Assembly (NCBI GenBank): GCA_031441465.1
Contig: JANOEP010000040.1
Location: 1-29,245, forward strand
DNA from: a bacterium
Lineage (GTDB): Bacteria > Krumholzibacteriota > Krumholzibacteriia > LZORAL124-64-63
Direction: 5' to 3'
DNA: 29,245 nt
Shown here: piece by piece, positions 1-8,450 of the stretch
Position numbering within the stretch: the stretch's first letter is position 1
How the letters are laid out: every line of letters starts with the position of its first letter
Made by a program: the position numbers and the translations under genes
Notes under the pieces: model-generated
Seen by the model: the letters and a program-made list of their open reading frames with translations, nothing else
Databases searched by the model: none
Told to the model about the DNA's origin: nothing

Positions 1-111
1 CGGAAGGCGGCTATTGTGGGGGAATTGTGCGCTGAGTCAAAGTGGGAGGGCGGTCACGCATCCCGCCCCGGGGGCAGACATAATGCCCGTTGGCATTCCC
101 GGTCTGCACGC

Positions 112-1239
112 ATGGCTGCTGCCGAACAGTCGCTCCACACACCGCTCCGCGCTCCCGCGGAGGAGTTCACCCGGACGATCGGCAACGACGTGTCCCGGCG
201 CGTCCTGCGCTTCGTGGGCGTGTTTCGTGCCGCAATCAGCGCCAGCATGCTGGCAATAGCAATCGGCTCTCCCGCAGCACCGATTCTGGGCACCCGGGAT
301 CCGGAGCTCTTCCTCCTGGCGGCTGCAGCGTATTGCCTGCTCTCGCTCGGCATTCTGGCCTGGCAGTGGCGGCGCCCGGTGATCCTGCCCCGGGTGGCAT
401 TGCTGGAGCTGGGTGCCGACATCCTGGCGGTGACGGTGCTGATGCACGCGAGCGGCGGCATTCAGAGCGGCATCGGCGGCCTGCTCGTGGTCTTCGTCGG
501 GGCGGCCAGCCTGACACTGCGCGGCCGGCAGGCTTTCTTCGCGGCAGCGGTGGCCGCCCTGGCCGTCCTCGCAGAGCAATCCATCAGCGTGCTGGGCCAG
601 ACAGCACCCAGCGGCGAATTCCTGGCCTCCGGGGTGCTGGGTGCCATCATCTTCATGATTGCCTCGGCCGCCTACCCGCTGGCGCGGCGGCTGGAGGAAA
701 GCGAGGCGCTGGCCCGCCAGCGGGGCATCGACCTGGCGAATCTCGCCCAGCTCAACGAGTACGTCATCCAGAATCTGCGGGAAAGCATCGTGGTGGTGGA
801 TGAAGCGAACCGTATCCGGCTGATCAACCAGTCCGCCGCGGAACACGCCGGCATCCGCACCCGGGAGCCCGGGCAGGACCTGGCGCGGCTGGCGCCCCAT
901 CTCAGCCGGCTGCTGTCGGACTGGCGCCGCCAGGGCAATCCGCTGTTGCAGCCACCCTCCTTTCTGTCCGCGGATGGGAGCACCCGCATCAACGCCTACC
1001 TGGCACCACTCGGGGGTCGCGAGGACGGGCCCGTGCTGATGTTCCTGGAAGATGCCGGGCTCCTGGCGCAGAAGGTCCAGCAGTCGAAGCTGGCGGCGCT
1101 GGGCCGGCTCTCCGCCAGCATCGCCCACGAGATCCGCAATCCGGTGGGCGCGCTCAGTCACGCCAGCCAGCTGCTGGAAGAATCCGCCAACCTGAACCCG
1201 GATGATCGCCGCCTGATCGACATCATCCAGACGAATTCA
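112..1239 (+). pseudogene. pilS: PilS-like two-component sensor histidine kinase, truncated after HisKA (no HATPase domain); probably cut by an assembly join
   Basis: Multiple N-terminal TM segments with SGGIQSGIGGLLVV, then LAQLNEYVIQNLRESIVVVD (PAS entry) and H-box QQSKLAALGRLSASIAHEIRNPVGALSHASQLL, matching the PilS layout. After IIQTNS (1239) the frame reads the tuf antisense strand to a stop at 1329. Start is uncertain (ATG 112; ORF open from 16). Confidence 0.8.
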
Positions 1240-1312
1240 TGCCGTGGTCCACGTGACCGATCGTCCCCACGTTCACGTGTTCCTTCGTCCGTTCGAACTT
1301 TGCGCGAGCCAT
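1240..1312 (-). pseudogene. tuf: Elongation factor Tu, N-terminal 24 codons only (truncated at the junction)
   Basis: [24 protein letters not shown] is the EF-Tu N-terminus. AGGAGGA RBS at 1321-1327. The expected continuation KTT is replaced by MNSSG-stop. It lies directly downstream of the Thr-Tyr-Gly-Thr tRNAs, as in tufB operons. Confidence 0.95.
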
Positions 1313-1424
1313 CAGTGGCATCCTCCTGAAGCGGCATGAATCATCCAGGCACCCGTCGGACACGAGTCCTGACCCAACGTCCCGTTGCTGCCAAGGTTCA
1401 CGTACAAGCACTCGAGAAACAGGC

Positions 1425-1500
1425 TGGAGCCCACGAGCAGACTCGAACTGCTGACCGCTTGCTTACCATGCAAGTGCTCTACCGGCTGAGCTACGTGGGC
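1425..1500 (-). tRNA. tRNA-Thr(GGT)
   Basis: 76 nt, GCCCACGTAGCTCAG...; anticodon arm CTTGC-ATGGTAA-GCAAG; T-loop GTTCGAGT; encoded CCA. Confidence 0.97.
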
Positions 1501-1549
1501 CCGGTTCCTGTCATCGCGCCGGCGGCGCCGGCGGGGAGATCCGTCTGCT

Positions 1550-1625
1550 TGGAGCGGGAAACGGGATTCGAACCCGCGACCCTCAGCTTGGAAGGCTGAT
1601 GCTCTACCAACTGAGCTACTCCCGC
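1550..1625 (-). tRNA. tRNA-Gly(TCC)
   Basis: 76 nt, GCGGGAGTAGCTCAG...; anticodon arm TCAGC-CTTCCAA-GCTGA; GTTCGAATC; encoded CCA. Confidence 0.97.
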
Positions 1626-1719
1626 CCCCGAAATCCACATCGATCCGGGTTCCAACCGTTCCGGGTCGATTCCGACCGCGCGGGCGAGATCCGTCGCGCC
1701 TGCGTTCCGCATGTATTCC

Positions 1720-1805
1720 TGGTGGCGGGGGATGGATTCGAACCATCGAAGGCATCCGCCGACAGATTTACAGTCTGTTCCCTTTGACCGCTCGGGAACC
1801 CCGCC
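1720..1805 (-). tRNA. tRNA-Tyr(GTA)
   Basis: 86 nt with long variable arm; anticodon arm ACAGA-CTGTAAA-TCTGT; GTTCGAATC; ends ACCA. Confidence 0.97.
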
Positions 1806-1830
1806 ACTTGAACGCTGCAATCAGGCGAGC

Positions 1831-1906
1831 TGGAGCTGGCGAGAGGACTTGAACCCCCAACCCCCTCATTACAAGTGAGGAGCTCTACCAGTTGAGCTAC
1901 GCCAGC
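1831..1906 (-). tRNA. tRNA-Thr(TGT)
   Basis: 76 nt, GCTGGCGTAGCTCAAC...; anticodon arm CCTCA-CTTGTAA-TGAGG; GTTCAAGT; encoded CCA. Confidence 0.97.
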
Positions 1907-1985
1907 CCGTTCCCGGACACAGGACAACGAAAGACAGCCGGATGGCCGGCCGTCCCTTCGCGACCCCGGATTCGACGGGCCTCGC

Positions 1986-2015
1986 AATATACAGGCTGAA
2001 ATTCGCAAGTGTCAA
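1986..2015 (-). promoter_or_regulatory. Sigma70-type promoter of the tRNA-tuf operon
   Basis: Minus strand TTGACA (2015-2010), 18-nt spacer, TATATT (1991-1986); about 80 nt upstream of tRNA-Thr(TGT), in an AT-rich patch. Confidence 0.75.
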
Positions 2016-2028
2016 GGAGAAAGGCGTC

Positions 2029-3492
2029 TTAATCGACGTTTCCGGCCCCGGGTCGGGCCGTGGAACCCCCCGGACCGTCCTCGACCGAGAAGCCGAATTC
2101 GGCGATCCGCGCCCGCAAGTCATCGGCCGCCGCCCAATCCCGCCGGGCCCGGGCCGCGACCCGCTCGGCGACCAGGTCCAGGACTTCCTGCGGCACGGCA
2201 GGCGCGGCGACCGCCACCAGACCGGCCAGCCCCCCCGGGTGCAGACCCAGGATCCGGTCGGCGTCCTCGAACAGGGCCCAGGCCTCGTCCAGAGGTCCGC
2301 CGTCCAGCAGTTCCGGTCCGGCGGCGGCGTCGTACTGGTTCAGATCGCGCACCAAGCCGAACAGGACACCGATCGCCCCCGCGGAGTTGAAATCGTCGTC
2401 CATCGCGGCGAAAAAGCGCCGGCGATGCTCCCGGACCGCGCGGGACAGGGTCTCGCCGGGGCCGGAAAACAGGCCCTCGGGCACGGGCGCGGCTCCCGAC
2501 CCGCGCCGCTCGGACAGGCGCCGCACCCCGCGCCGCAGCCGGTCGTAGGCGGCGCCGGCCTCGCGAAGGCGGTCCTCGCCGTAGTCGATCTGGCTGCGGA
2601 AGTGGGCGTTCAGCAGGAAGAAACGGATCACCTCGGCCGGGAACTGGGCCAGCACGTCGCCCATGGCGAAGAAATTCCCGTCCGATTTCGACATCTTCTT
2701 GTCGCCCAAGAACAACAACCCGTTGTGCAGCCAGAAGTTAACGTACTTGTGGCCGGTCCCGCAGCAGCTCTGGGCGCACTCGTTCTCGTGGTGCGGGAAC
2801 AGCAGGTCGCGGCCCCCGCCGTGGAAGTCGAAGTGCGGCCCGAGATACTTGGTGGCCATCACCGAACATTCGATGTGCCAGCCCGGTCGGCCGCGGCCCC
2901 AGGGGGAGTCCCAGCCGGGCTCGTCCGCGGCGGCTCCCTTCCAGAGCGCGAAGTCCAGGGGGTCCTGCTTGGCCTCCCCCACCTCGATGCGCACGCCGCT
3001 GCGCATGTCGTCGACGTTGCGGCCGGACAGGAAGCCGTACTCGTCCCAGCTGCGCACCCGGAAGTACACGTCCCCGCCGGAGGCGTAGGCGTGGCCCTTC
3101 GCGACGAGGTCGGCGGTGAAGGCCACGATCTCGGGGATGTGGTCGGTGACCAGGGGGTAGAGGTGCGCCGGCCGGATGTTCAGGACGGCGGCGTACTGGT
3201 GGTACAGGTCGATGTTGCGCTGCGACACGACCCGGAAGTCGACGCCCTCGGCCTTGGCCTTCACGATGATCTTGTCGTCGATGTCGGTGAAGTTCTGGAC
3301 GTGGGTCACCGCGTAGCCCAGGTACTCCAGGTACCGGCGGATCATGTCGCAGGCCACGAAGGCGAACATGTGCCCCACGTGCGGCTTGTCCTGCACGGTC
3401 ATGCCGCAGACGTACATGCCCGCCTTGCCGGGGTGGACCGGCTCGAACAGACGCCGGGTCCGTGTGACGTGGTCGTAGACGTGCAGGGCCAT
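2029..3492 (-). CDS. cysS: Cysteine--tRNA ligase
   Basis: YVCGMTV, HVGH (HIGH), NFTDIDDKII, DFALWK, GRPGWHIECS, FPHHENE and KMSKS motifs. Confidence 0.98.
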   Translation of the reverse strand: MALHVYDHVTRTRRLFEPVHPGKAGMYVCGMTVQDKPHVGHMFAFVACDMIRRYLEYLGYAVTHVQNFTDIDDKIIVKAKAEGVDFRVVSQRNIDLYHQYAAVLNIRPAHLYPLVTDHIPEIVAFTADLVAKGHAYASGGDVYFRVRSWDEYGFLSGRNVDDMRSGVRIEVGEAKQDPLDFALWKGAAADEPGWDSPWGRGRPGWHIECSVMATKYLGPHFDFHGGGRDLLFPHHENECAQSCCGTGHKYVNFWLHNGLLFLGDKKMSKSDGNFFAMGDVLAQFPAEVIRFFLLNAHFRSQIDYGEDRLREAGAAYDRLRRGVRRLSERRGSGAAPVPEGLFSGPGETLSRAVREHRRRFFAAMDDDFNSAGAIGVLFGLVRDLNQYDAAAGPELLDGGPLDEAWALFEDADRILGLHPGGLAGLVAVAAPAVPQEVLDLVAERVAARARRDWAAADDLRARIAEFGFSVEDGPGGSTARPGAGNVD

Positions 3493-3523
3493 CTCGCTCG
3501 CTCCTCGGAGGCGGGGTGACGGT

Positions 3524-4486
3524 TCAGCGGTCCGCGCTGCGCCGGGCGCCGTCGCGGCAGAGGTCGTCCACCAGGTCGGCGAACGAGATGCCGACCGCGG
3601 CGGCGGCCTTGGGCACCAGGCTGTTGTCGGTCATGCCGGGGATGGTGTTCACCTCGAGGCAGGCGTAGCGGGTTCCGTCGAGGCGGAAATCGACCCGGGC
3701 CACGCCGCGACAACCCAGCAGGTCGTAGGCCCGGCGGGCGTCGCCGCTGATGCGCTCGTAGAGCGGCGAATGGACCGGCGCGGGGCACAGGTACTCGCTG
3801 GCGCCGTCGGTGTACTTGTGGCCGAAATCGTAGAAACCCTCGCGCGGCACGATCTCGACCAGGGGCAGGCGCCGGCCGAGCAGGATCGCCGCCGTCAATT
3901 CGCGTCCCGGAACATAGGTCTCCAGCAGCACGTCGCGGCCGCCGGCGGTGGCCTCGTCGAACGCCGCGGCGAACTCCGACGGCTGCTTCACGATGCACAC
4001 ACCGACGCTCGAACCGTCCGCGTTGGGTTTGACGACCACCGGCCAGCGCAGTTCGGCGTCGACGCGCGCCAGCAGCTGGTCGCGGTCGGGCCAGGCCACC
4101 CCGTCGCGGTCGGGGGTGACCAGCAACCAGTCCGGTGTGGGGATGTCCGCGGAGCGCAGGATCCGCTTGGTGGCGGCCTTGTCCATGGCTACCGCGCTGG
4201 CCAGGTGTCCGGACAGCGCGTACGGCACGCCCAACACGTCGAGCAGGGCCTGCAGGTGACCGTCCTCGCCCATCCCCCCGTGCAGGGCCGGGAACACCAC
4301 GTCCCAATCGCGCAGGTCCCCCATTGCCAGGACGTCGGCGACGGCGGCCAGCGTGCGCGCCTCCACCGTGTGGCCCAGCTCGGTGAGCGCGCGGACCACC
4401 GCGGCGCCGCTCAGCAGGGAGATCTCGCGCTCGCGGCTGTCGCCGCCCATCAGGACCAGCACCCGCAGACTCGTGAACGCGCTCAC
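3524..4486 (-). CDS. ddl: D-alanine--D-alanine ligase
   Basis: VLMGGDSREREISLLSG, FPALHGGMGEDG, MDK, VVKP...GSSVG, KY omega loop, RVDF, LEVNTIPG. Start set at GTG 4486 (AAGGAGA RBS; GTGA overlap with the ispF stop). Confidence 0.95.
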   Translation of the reverse strand: MSAFTSLRVLVLMGGDSREREISLLSGAAVVRALTELGHTVEARTLAAVADVLAMGDLRDWDVVFPALHGGMGEDGHLQALLDVLGVPYALSGHLASAVAMDKAATKRILRSADIPTPDWLLVTPDRDGVAWPDRDQLLARVDAELRWPVVVKPNADGSSVGVCIVKQPSEFAAAFDEATAGGRDVLLETYVPGRELTAAILLGRRLPLVEIVPREGFYDFGHKYTDGASEYLCPAPVHSPLYERISGDARRAYDLLGCRGVARVDFRLDGTRYACLEVNTIPGMTDNSLVPKAAAAVGISFADLVDDLCRDGARRSADR

Positions 4487-4986
4487 GCCGGTTCTCCTTC
4501 CACGCCCGGTGCCGCCGGCAGCAACAGGGCGACCGCCATCACGGTCACGCACTCGCCGCGGCCTTCAGGACCGAGCCCCTCGCCGCGCGTCGCCTTGACC
4601 GACACCGCTTCCGGGCCGACGCCCAGGGCACCGGCCAGCGCGGCGCGCATCCGGTCGGCTGCCGGCGCGATCCGAGGGCGTTCGAGGATCAGGGTCAGGT
4701 CCACGTTGCCGACCCGCCAGCCCGCGGCACGGACCAGCCTGGTCGCGCGGGCGAGCAGGTCGAGGCTGTCGGCGCCGGCCCACGTCGGGTCGTCGTCCGG
4801 GAAGTGCCGCCCGATGTCGCCGAGGGCGGCGGCGCCGAGCACCGCGTCGACGACGGCGTGGGCGGCCGCGTCGCCGTCGGAATGACCCAGAGGGCCGACC
4901 GGGCAGTCGTCGAAGCGCACCCCGCCCAACAGGCAGGGACGTCCGGCCACCAGCGGGTGGCGGTCCCATCCCAATCCGATCCTCAC
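4483..4986 (-). CDS. ispF: 2-C-methyl-D-erythritol 2,4-cyclodiphosphate synthase
   Basis: RIGLGWDRH, GHSDGD...H...DAVLGAAALGDIGRHFPD, SVKATRGEGLG. Start set at GTG 4986. Confidence 0.96.
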   Translation of the reverse strand: MRIGLGWDRHPLVAGRPCLLGGVRFDDCPVGPLGHSDGDAAAHAVVDAVLGAAALGDIGRHFPDDDPTWAGADSLDLLARATRLVRAAGWRVGNVDLTLILERPRIAPAADRMRAALAGALGVGPEAVSVKATRGEGLGPEGRGECVTVMAVALLLPAAPGVEGEPA

Positions 4987-4990
4987 GGCC

Positions 4991-5905
4991 TCACTCCAGG
5001 GTGATGTTGTCCAGTTGCACGGTGACGCCGCCGCGCGGGCGGCCCAGGAAGAATAGCACACTGTCGATGTCGTCCAACCGGAATGTCCGCACGCCTTCCC
5101 GCGGCGATGCAGCCTGCAGATCCATGACGCAGCGCGTCCACTGCGGCCCGAGACGGAAGCTCTCCCCGATCCACACCGGATCGCTGCGGCCCTGGAAGTC
5201 GTCGAGGCGCACCGTGAGTTCCGCCGGCTCCCCGTCCGCGGCGCGGGCGTCGAAGGCGAGCGTCCGCCAGGCCGACCAGTCGCGCGGCAGACCACGGATC
5301 ACCACCCCGGGGTAGACGTCGCCGGCCTCGGCGCGCAGGCTCAGGATCCGGGAGGCGCCGGCGTCGGCGGGCGCCACCCAGTAGACGCCGCCCCCCTCGT
5401 CGTTGTCGCCGAGCAGCGCGAACTCGCGGTCGTCCTCGAAGTCGGCCAGCAGCGGGAAGCGCTCCCGCGCCAGCCGGCTGCCGAGCACGAAGCCCGGCAG
5501 CTCGCGCAGCAGGTAGGGCACGACCGCGAAACCGGCCAACACCAGGGCGAGGGCGGCGCGCCGGCCGCGGACCCGCGCCAGCACCCAGCCGACGGCCGAG
5601 ACCACGCCGGCCAGGTCGACGCCGGCGTCCTCCCACCTCGGGTGGCGACCCACGAAGCCCTGGACCAGCTCGCAGCTCGCCGTCAGCGCCCACGCCGCGG
5701 CCGCGGCCGCGAACAGCCTCCCCCGCAGGGGACTTCTCCGGTACAGCACCAGGGTCAGCGCGAAGGGCAGTCCCCAGTGCGCGATCACACCGAGGGAACG
5801 CAGCGGCTGCAGGCGCTCGAAGAAGCCGGGCACCGGCACCACGAAGGGAACCAGCAGCGCCGCCGCGACGGCGAGCCAGGCCAGGACGCGACGCGCACCG
5901 GTCAT
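4991..5905 (-). CDS. VanZ-like membrane protein with a C-terminal carbohydrate-binding-like beta-sandwich
   Basis: N-terminal TM helices with H...ELVQGFVGRHPRWEDAGVDLAG (VanZ-like E-xx-Q...R...D...D pattern). C-terminal YPG...DWSAWRTLAFD...LDNITLE resembles galactose-binding/CBM-like folds. ATGA overlap with the upstream gene. Confidence 0.65.
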   Translation of the reverse strand: MTGARRVLAWLAVAAALLVPFVVPVPGFFERLQPLRSLGVIAHWGLPFALTLVLYRRSPLRGRLFAAAAAAWALTASCELVQGFVGRHPRWEDAGVDLAGVVSAVGWVLARVRGRRAALALVLAGFAVVPYLLRELPGFVLGSRLARERFPLLADFEDDREFALLGDNDEGGGVYWVAPADAGASRILSLRAEAGDVYPGVVIRGLPRDWSAWRTLAFDARAADGEPAELTVRLDDFQGRSDPVWIGESFRLGPQWTRCVMDLQAASPREGVRTFRLDDIDSVLFFLGRPRGGVTVQLDNITLE

Positions 5906-7275
5906 GCGCCGCTCCTGACGCCGGGCACTTTGCAGATCGAGAAACGGTACTTGCCGTTGGGTTCGCGGGGGATGGTGCCGACGAAATGCAGGACCACCTC
6001 GGCGCCGCCCAGCGAGTCGCGGAAGACCCCCGTCAGCGCGGCTGCGACCTCGTCGTCCCAGCCGGCGGCGCGCACCACGTTCAGTTCGACCCGGCCGACG
6101 ACCTCCTGGACGACCTGCAGCTGCGCGATGCCGGCGTAACGCGTCAGCGTGTTCTCGATCAGCGAGATGCCGGCGACGCGGCTCCCGTCGGCCGCGACCA
6201 GGAAGTCGGCGGTGCGCCCGGTGACCGAGCGCAGCAGGGGGTAGGGGCGGCCGCAGGGGCAGGGCCGGTCATGGAACACGCCGCGGTCGCCCACTTCGTA
6301 GCGCAGCATCGGCATGCCCAGGTTCACGAACTCGGTCACGACGATCCGGCCGTCCTCGCCCGGAGCGCAGGGACTGCCGTCGTCGCGCAGCAGCTCCACC
6401 GCGGCGTGCTCGGCGTTGAGGTGCAGGCCCGCGTGGCGCTCGCACTCGCAGGCGATCAGGCTGACCTCCTCGCAGCCGTAGCGGTTGGTCACCGCCCGCG
6501 CGAAGACGCGCTCGATCACTTCCCGTTCGGGCTGCAGCAGCATCATGCTGGTGGCGACGATCCCCTGCGGCCGCAGCGGCTCACCCATCTCTTGGCCCAT
6601 CTCCTCGACCATGCCCGCCAGCAGGTACAGCGAGTGGGCGTGGCCGTAGAGCAGGCCCGGGCGCAGCCGGCGCCAGCCGGCGATGAACTCGCGCACGGCC
6701 GCCTCGTCCAGGCGCATCGTGTCGAGGTAGAGGATGCGGTCCTTGCAGGCCAGGCGCAGCCGGTTGCGCAGCGAGGCGGGCCGGGGCGGGTTGCCCCACA
6801 CCGCCCCCATGGGCTGCCCCAGACGCCAGCCGCTCCAGGTGTCGGCCAGCAGGGCGGCGCCGCTGCGCCGCTCGACCCCGCGCCGATCGCAGAACACGTG
6901 CAGGGCGGTGCCGGTCGAACCGCCCGTCTTGGCGGGCACCAGATCCTCGCGGCGATGGTTCCCGGCCAGGATCCCGTCGATCCCGCCGCGGATGTCGGCC
7001 TTGGTCAGCAACGGCAGCTCGCGCAGATCGGTGATGTCGCGCACGCCGCGCGGGTCGATCCCGGCGGCCTGCAGGCGCGAAGCGTAAAACGGCGAGTGCG
7101 CCACGGCGTGTCGCACCAGGGCGCCGAGCCGCTGCTGCCGGCGCTGCGCCAGCGCCTCGGGCGCATCGAACTGGTCGCGCGCCAGCTGCCGGTAGGTGCG
7201 CAGGCGCACGCTGCCCTCGTAGAGGTCCCACACGGGCTCGGCGATGCTGCCCACGATCCGGTCGGGGAGGCGCAC
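5902..7275 (-). CDS. Phenylacetate--CoA ligase (PaaK/CapK)-like adenylate-forming enzyme, polysaccharide-locus type
   Basis: LPLLTK, KTGGSTG P-loop, NRYGCEEV, MPMLRYEVGD, GRTAD, GKYRF. Start set at GTG 7275 (AAAGGA RBS at 7285-7290). Confidence 0.85.
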   Translation of the reverse strand: MRLPDRIVGSIAEPVWDLYEGSVRLRTYRQLARDQFDAPEALAQRRQQRLGALVRHAVAHSPFYASRLQAAGIDPRGVRDITDLRELPLLTKADIRGGIDGILAGNHRREDLVPAKTGGSTGTALHVFCDRRGVERRSGAALLADTWSGWRLGQPMGAVWGNPPRPASLRNRLRLACKDRILYLDTMRLDEAAVREFIAGWRRLRPGLLYGHAHSLYLLAGMVEEMGQEMGEPLRPQGIVATSMMLLQPEREVIERVFARAVTNRYGCEEVSLIACECERHAGLHLNAEHAAVELLRDDGSPCAPGEDGRIVVTEFVNLGMPMLRYEVGDRGVFHDRPCPCGRPYPLLRSVTGRTADFLVAADGSRVAGISLIENTLTRYAGIAQLQVVQEVVGRVELNVVRAAGWDDEVAAALTGVFRDSLGGAEVVLHFVGTIPREPNGKYRFSICKVPGVRSGA

Positions 7276-7289
7276 GGCGGATGGTCCTT

Positions 7290-8423
7290 TCAGGTGCGGG
7301 GGTTCCAGATCACCTGCCGCTGCCCCGCCAGGAAACGCAGCAGCGCGTTGCCGGCGGCCGCGTTCAGCAGGCACAGGTAGTAGGGGAAAGACAGGGGTGT
7401 CGGCAGGCGCAGACCCAGGAAGCCCAGGACGGCCAGCAGGTAGAAGACACCCTGCAACCCGAGCATCACATTCCAGATGTCGTCGCGTCCGGCCAGGGCG
7501 AGGTTGCTCAGCAGGGCGACGACCTGGAAGACCGGCGCCAGGTAGCGCAGCCATTTATGGGAGAACAGCTGCCAGGAGAACAAGCCGTAGCGGACCGGGT
7601 TGAGCAGGGCCGCCATGTCGCGCAGCGCGTGCCAGGCGCGCAGGGCCACGCGGGTGCGCATGCGGAACTCGGCGCCCGTCTCGCTCAGGCTCGCCTCGTA
7701 GACGCGCGCACCCGGGGCGTAGACGACGCGTCGGCCGCGCACGACCACGCTCAGCGGCAGCACGAAGTCCGGCTGCTGGTCGGCGCGCATGACGACGTAG
7801 AGGTCGGCCCGCACGGCGTCGATGCCCCCGTCGACCCCGACCACCGAACCCACCAACGTCTCGAGCCCGCGCAGCGCGTTCTCGTACCGCATGTAGGCGG
7901 AGCAGCCCTCCCCCGTCAGCGATCCGTCGCGCGCCCGGTAGAGCATCCGCCCGGTCACGTAGCCCACCGCGGGGTCCGCGAACGGCTCCATCAGCCGGCG
8001 CAGGGCGTCCGGAGCGTAGAGGGAGTTGGCGTCGGAGAAGACGATGATCTCCCCGGCAGCCAGCGCGTGGGCCAGGTTCAGGGCGGAAGTCTTGCCGGCG
8101 CGCGGCTCCTGCCTCAGCAGGCGGACCCGCGGCTCGACGGCCGCGATGGCCGCGACCGCCTCGTCGGTCCCGTCGGTCGAACCGTCCGAGACGACGATGA
8201 TCTCCAGCAGCTCGGGCGGGTAGTCGAGGACGAGCTTGTTGCGGACGGTCTGGCCGATGCACGCCACTTCGTTGTAGGCTGCGATCAGGACGGTGACGCG
8301 CGGCGTGATCGGGGCGGCGGCGACCCGCCGCCGCCGCACGCCCGCCAGCAGGGCGCACAGCAAGGGGTAGCCCGCGTAGACGTACGCGAGCAGGCCGAGG
8401 CAGAGCACGAGGACAAAAGACAT
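7290..8423 (-). CDS. Glycosyltransferase family 2, CESA-like membrane-associated
   Basis: YAGYP N-terminal TM, IAAYNE, SDGSTD, GKTSALN, FSDAN, DF, RxR and C-terminal TM helices (SHKWLRY). Confidence 0.92.
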   Translation of the reverse strand: MSFVLVLCLGLLAYVYAGYPLLCALLAGVRRRRVAAAPITPRVTVLIAAYNEVACIGQTVRNKLVLDYPPELLEIIVVSDGSTDGTDEAVAAIAAVEPRVRLLRQEPRAGKTSALNLAHALAAGEIIVFSDANSLYAPDALRRLMEPFADPAVGYVTGRMLYRARDGSLTGEGCSAYMRYENALRGLETLVGSVVGVDGGIDAVRADLYVVMRADQQPDFVLPLSVVVRGRRVVYAPGARVYEASLSETGAEFRMRTRVALRAWHALRDMAALLNPVRYGLFSWQLFSHKWLRYLAPVFQVVALLSNLALAGRDDIWNVMLGLQGVFYLLAVLGFLGLRLPTPLSFPYYLCLLNAAAGNALLRFLAGQRQVIWNPRT

Positions 8424-8450
8424 CGATCCGATCCTTGCTTGTGCTGACGC

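Noticed and set aside
1233..1241. EcoRI (GAATTC) and CATG sites at the pilS/tuf junction, suggesting a restriction-ligation chimera
   Set aside because: Ligation needs the site in both parents. EF-Tu should continue GGC AAR (Gly-Lys) here, which contains neither site, so the proximity is probably coincidental.
1425..1906. tRNA cluster as an integration site for the glycan region
   Set aside because: No integrase and no duplicated tRNA 3' end was seen elsewhere in the window. The order is the ordinary tufB-type operon.
1942..3519. Long antisense or alternate-frame ORFs (e.g. 1942..3519, 5986..7380, 11200..12537, 23753..25669, 26558..28201)
   Set aside because: They are shadows of well-supported genes in high-GC DNA, with low-complexity Arg/Gly/Pro or antisense-type composition and no motifs.
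3524..5905. ddl near a VanZ-like gene as a glycopeptide-resistance cluster
   Set aside because: The ligase has the KY loop of D-Ala-D-Ala ligases. There is no vanH/X/Y/R/S, and VanZ-like domains are common in polysaccharide loci.
6584..6603. CCCATCTC repeated at 12-nt period (EMGQEMG) in the CapK-like gene
   Set aside because: A small in-frame duplication in a probable loop; too short to imply phase variation.
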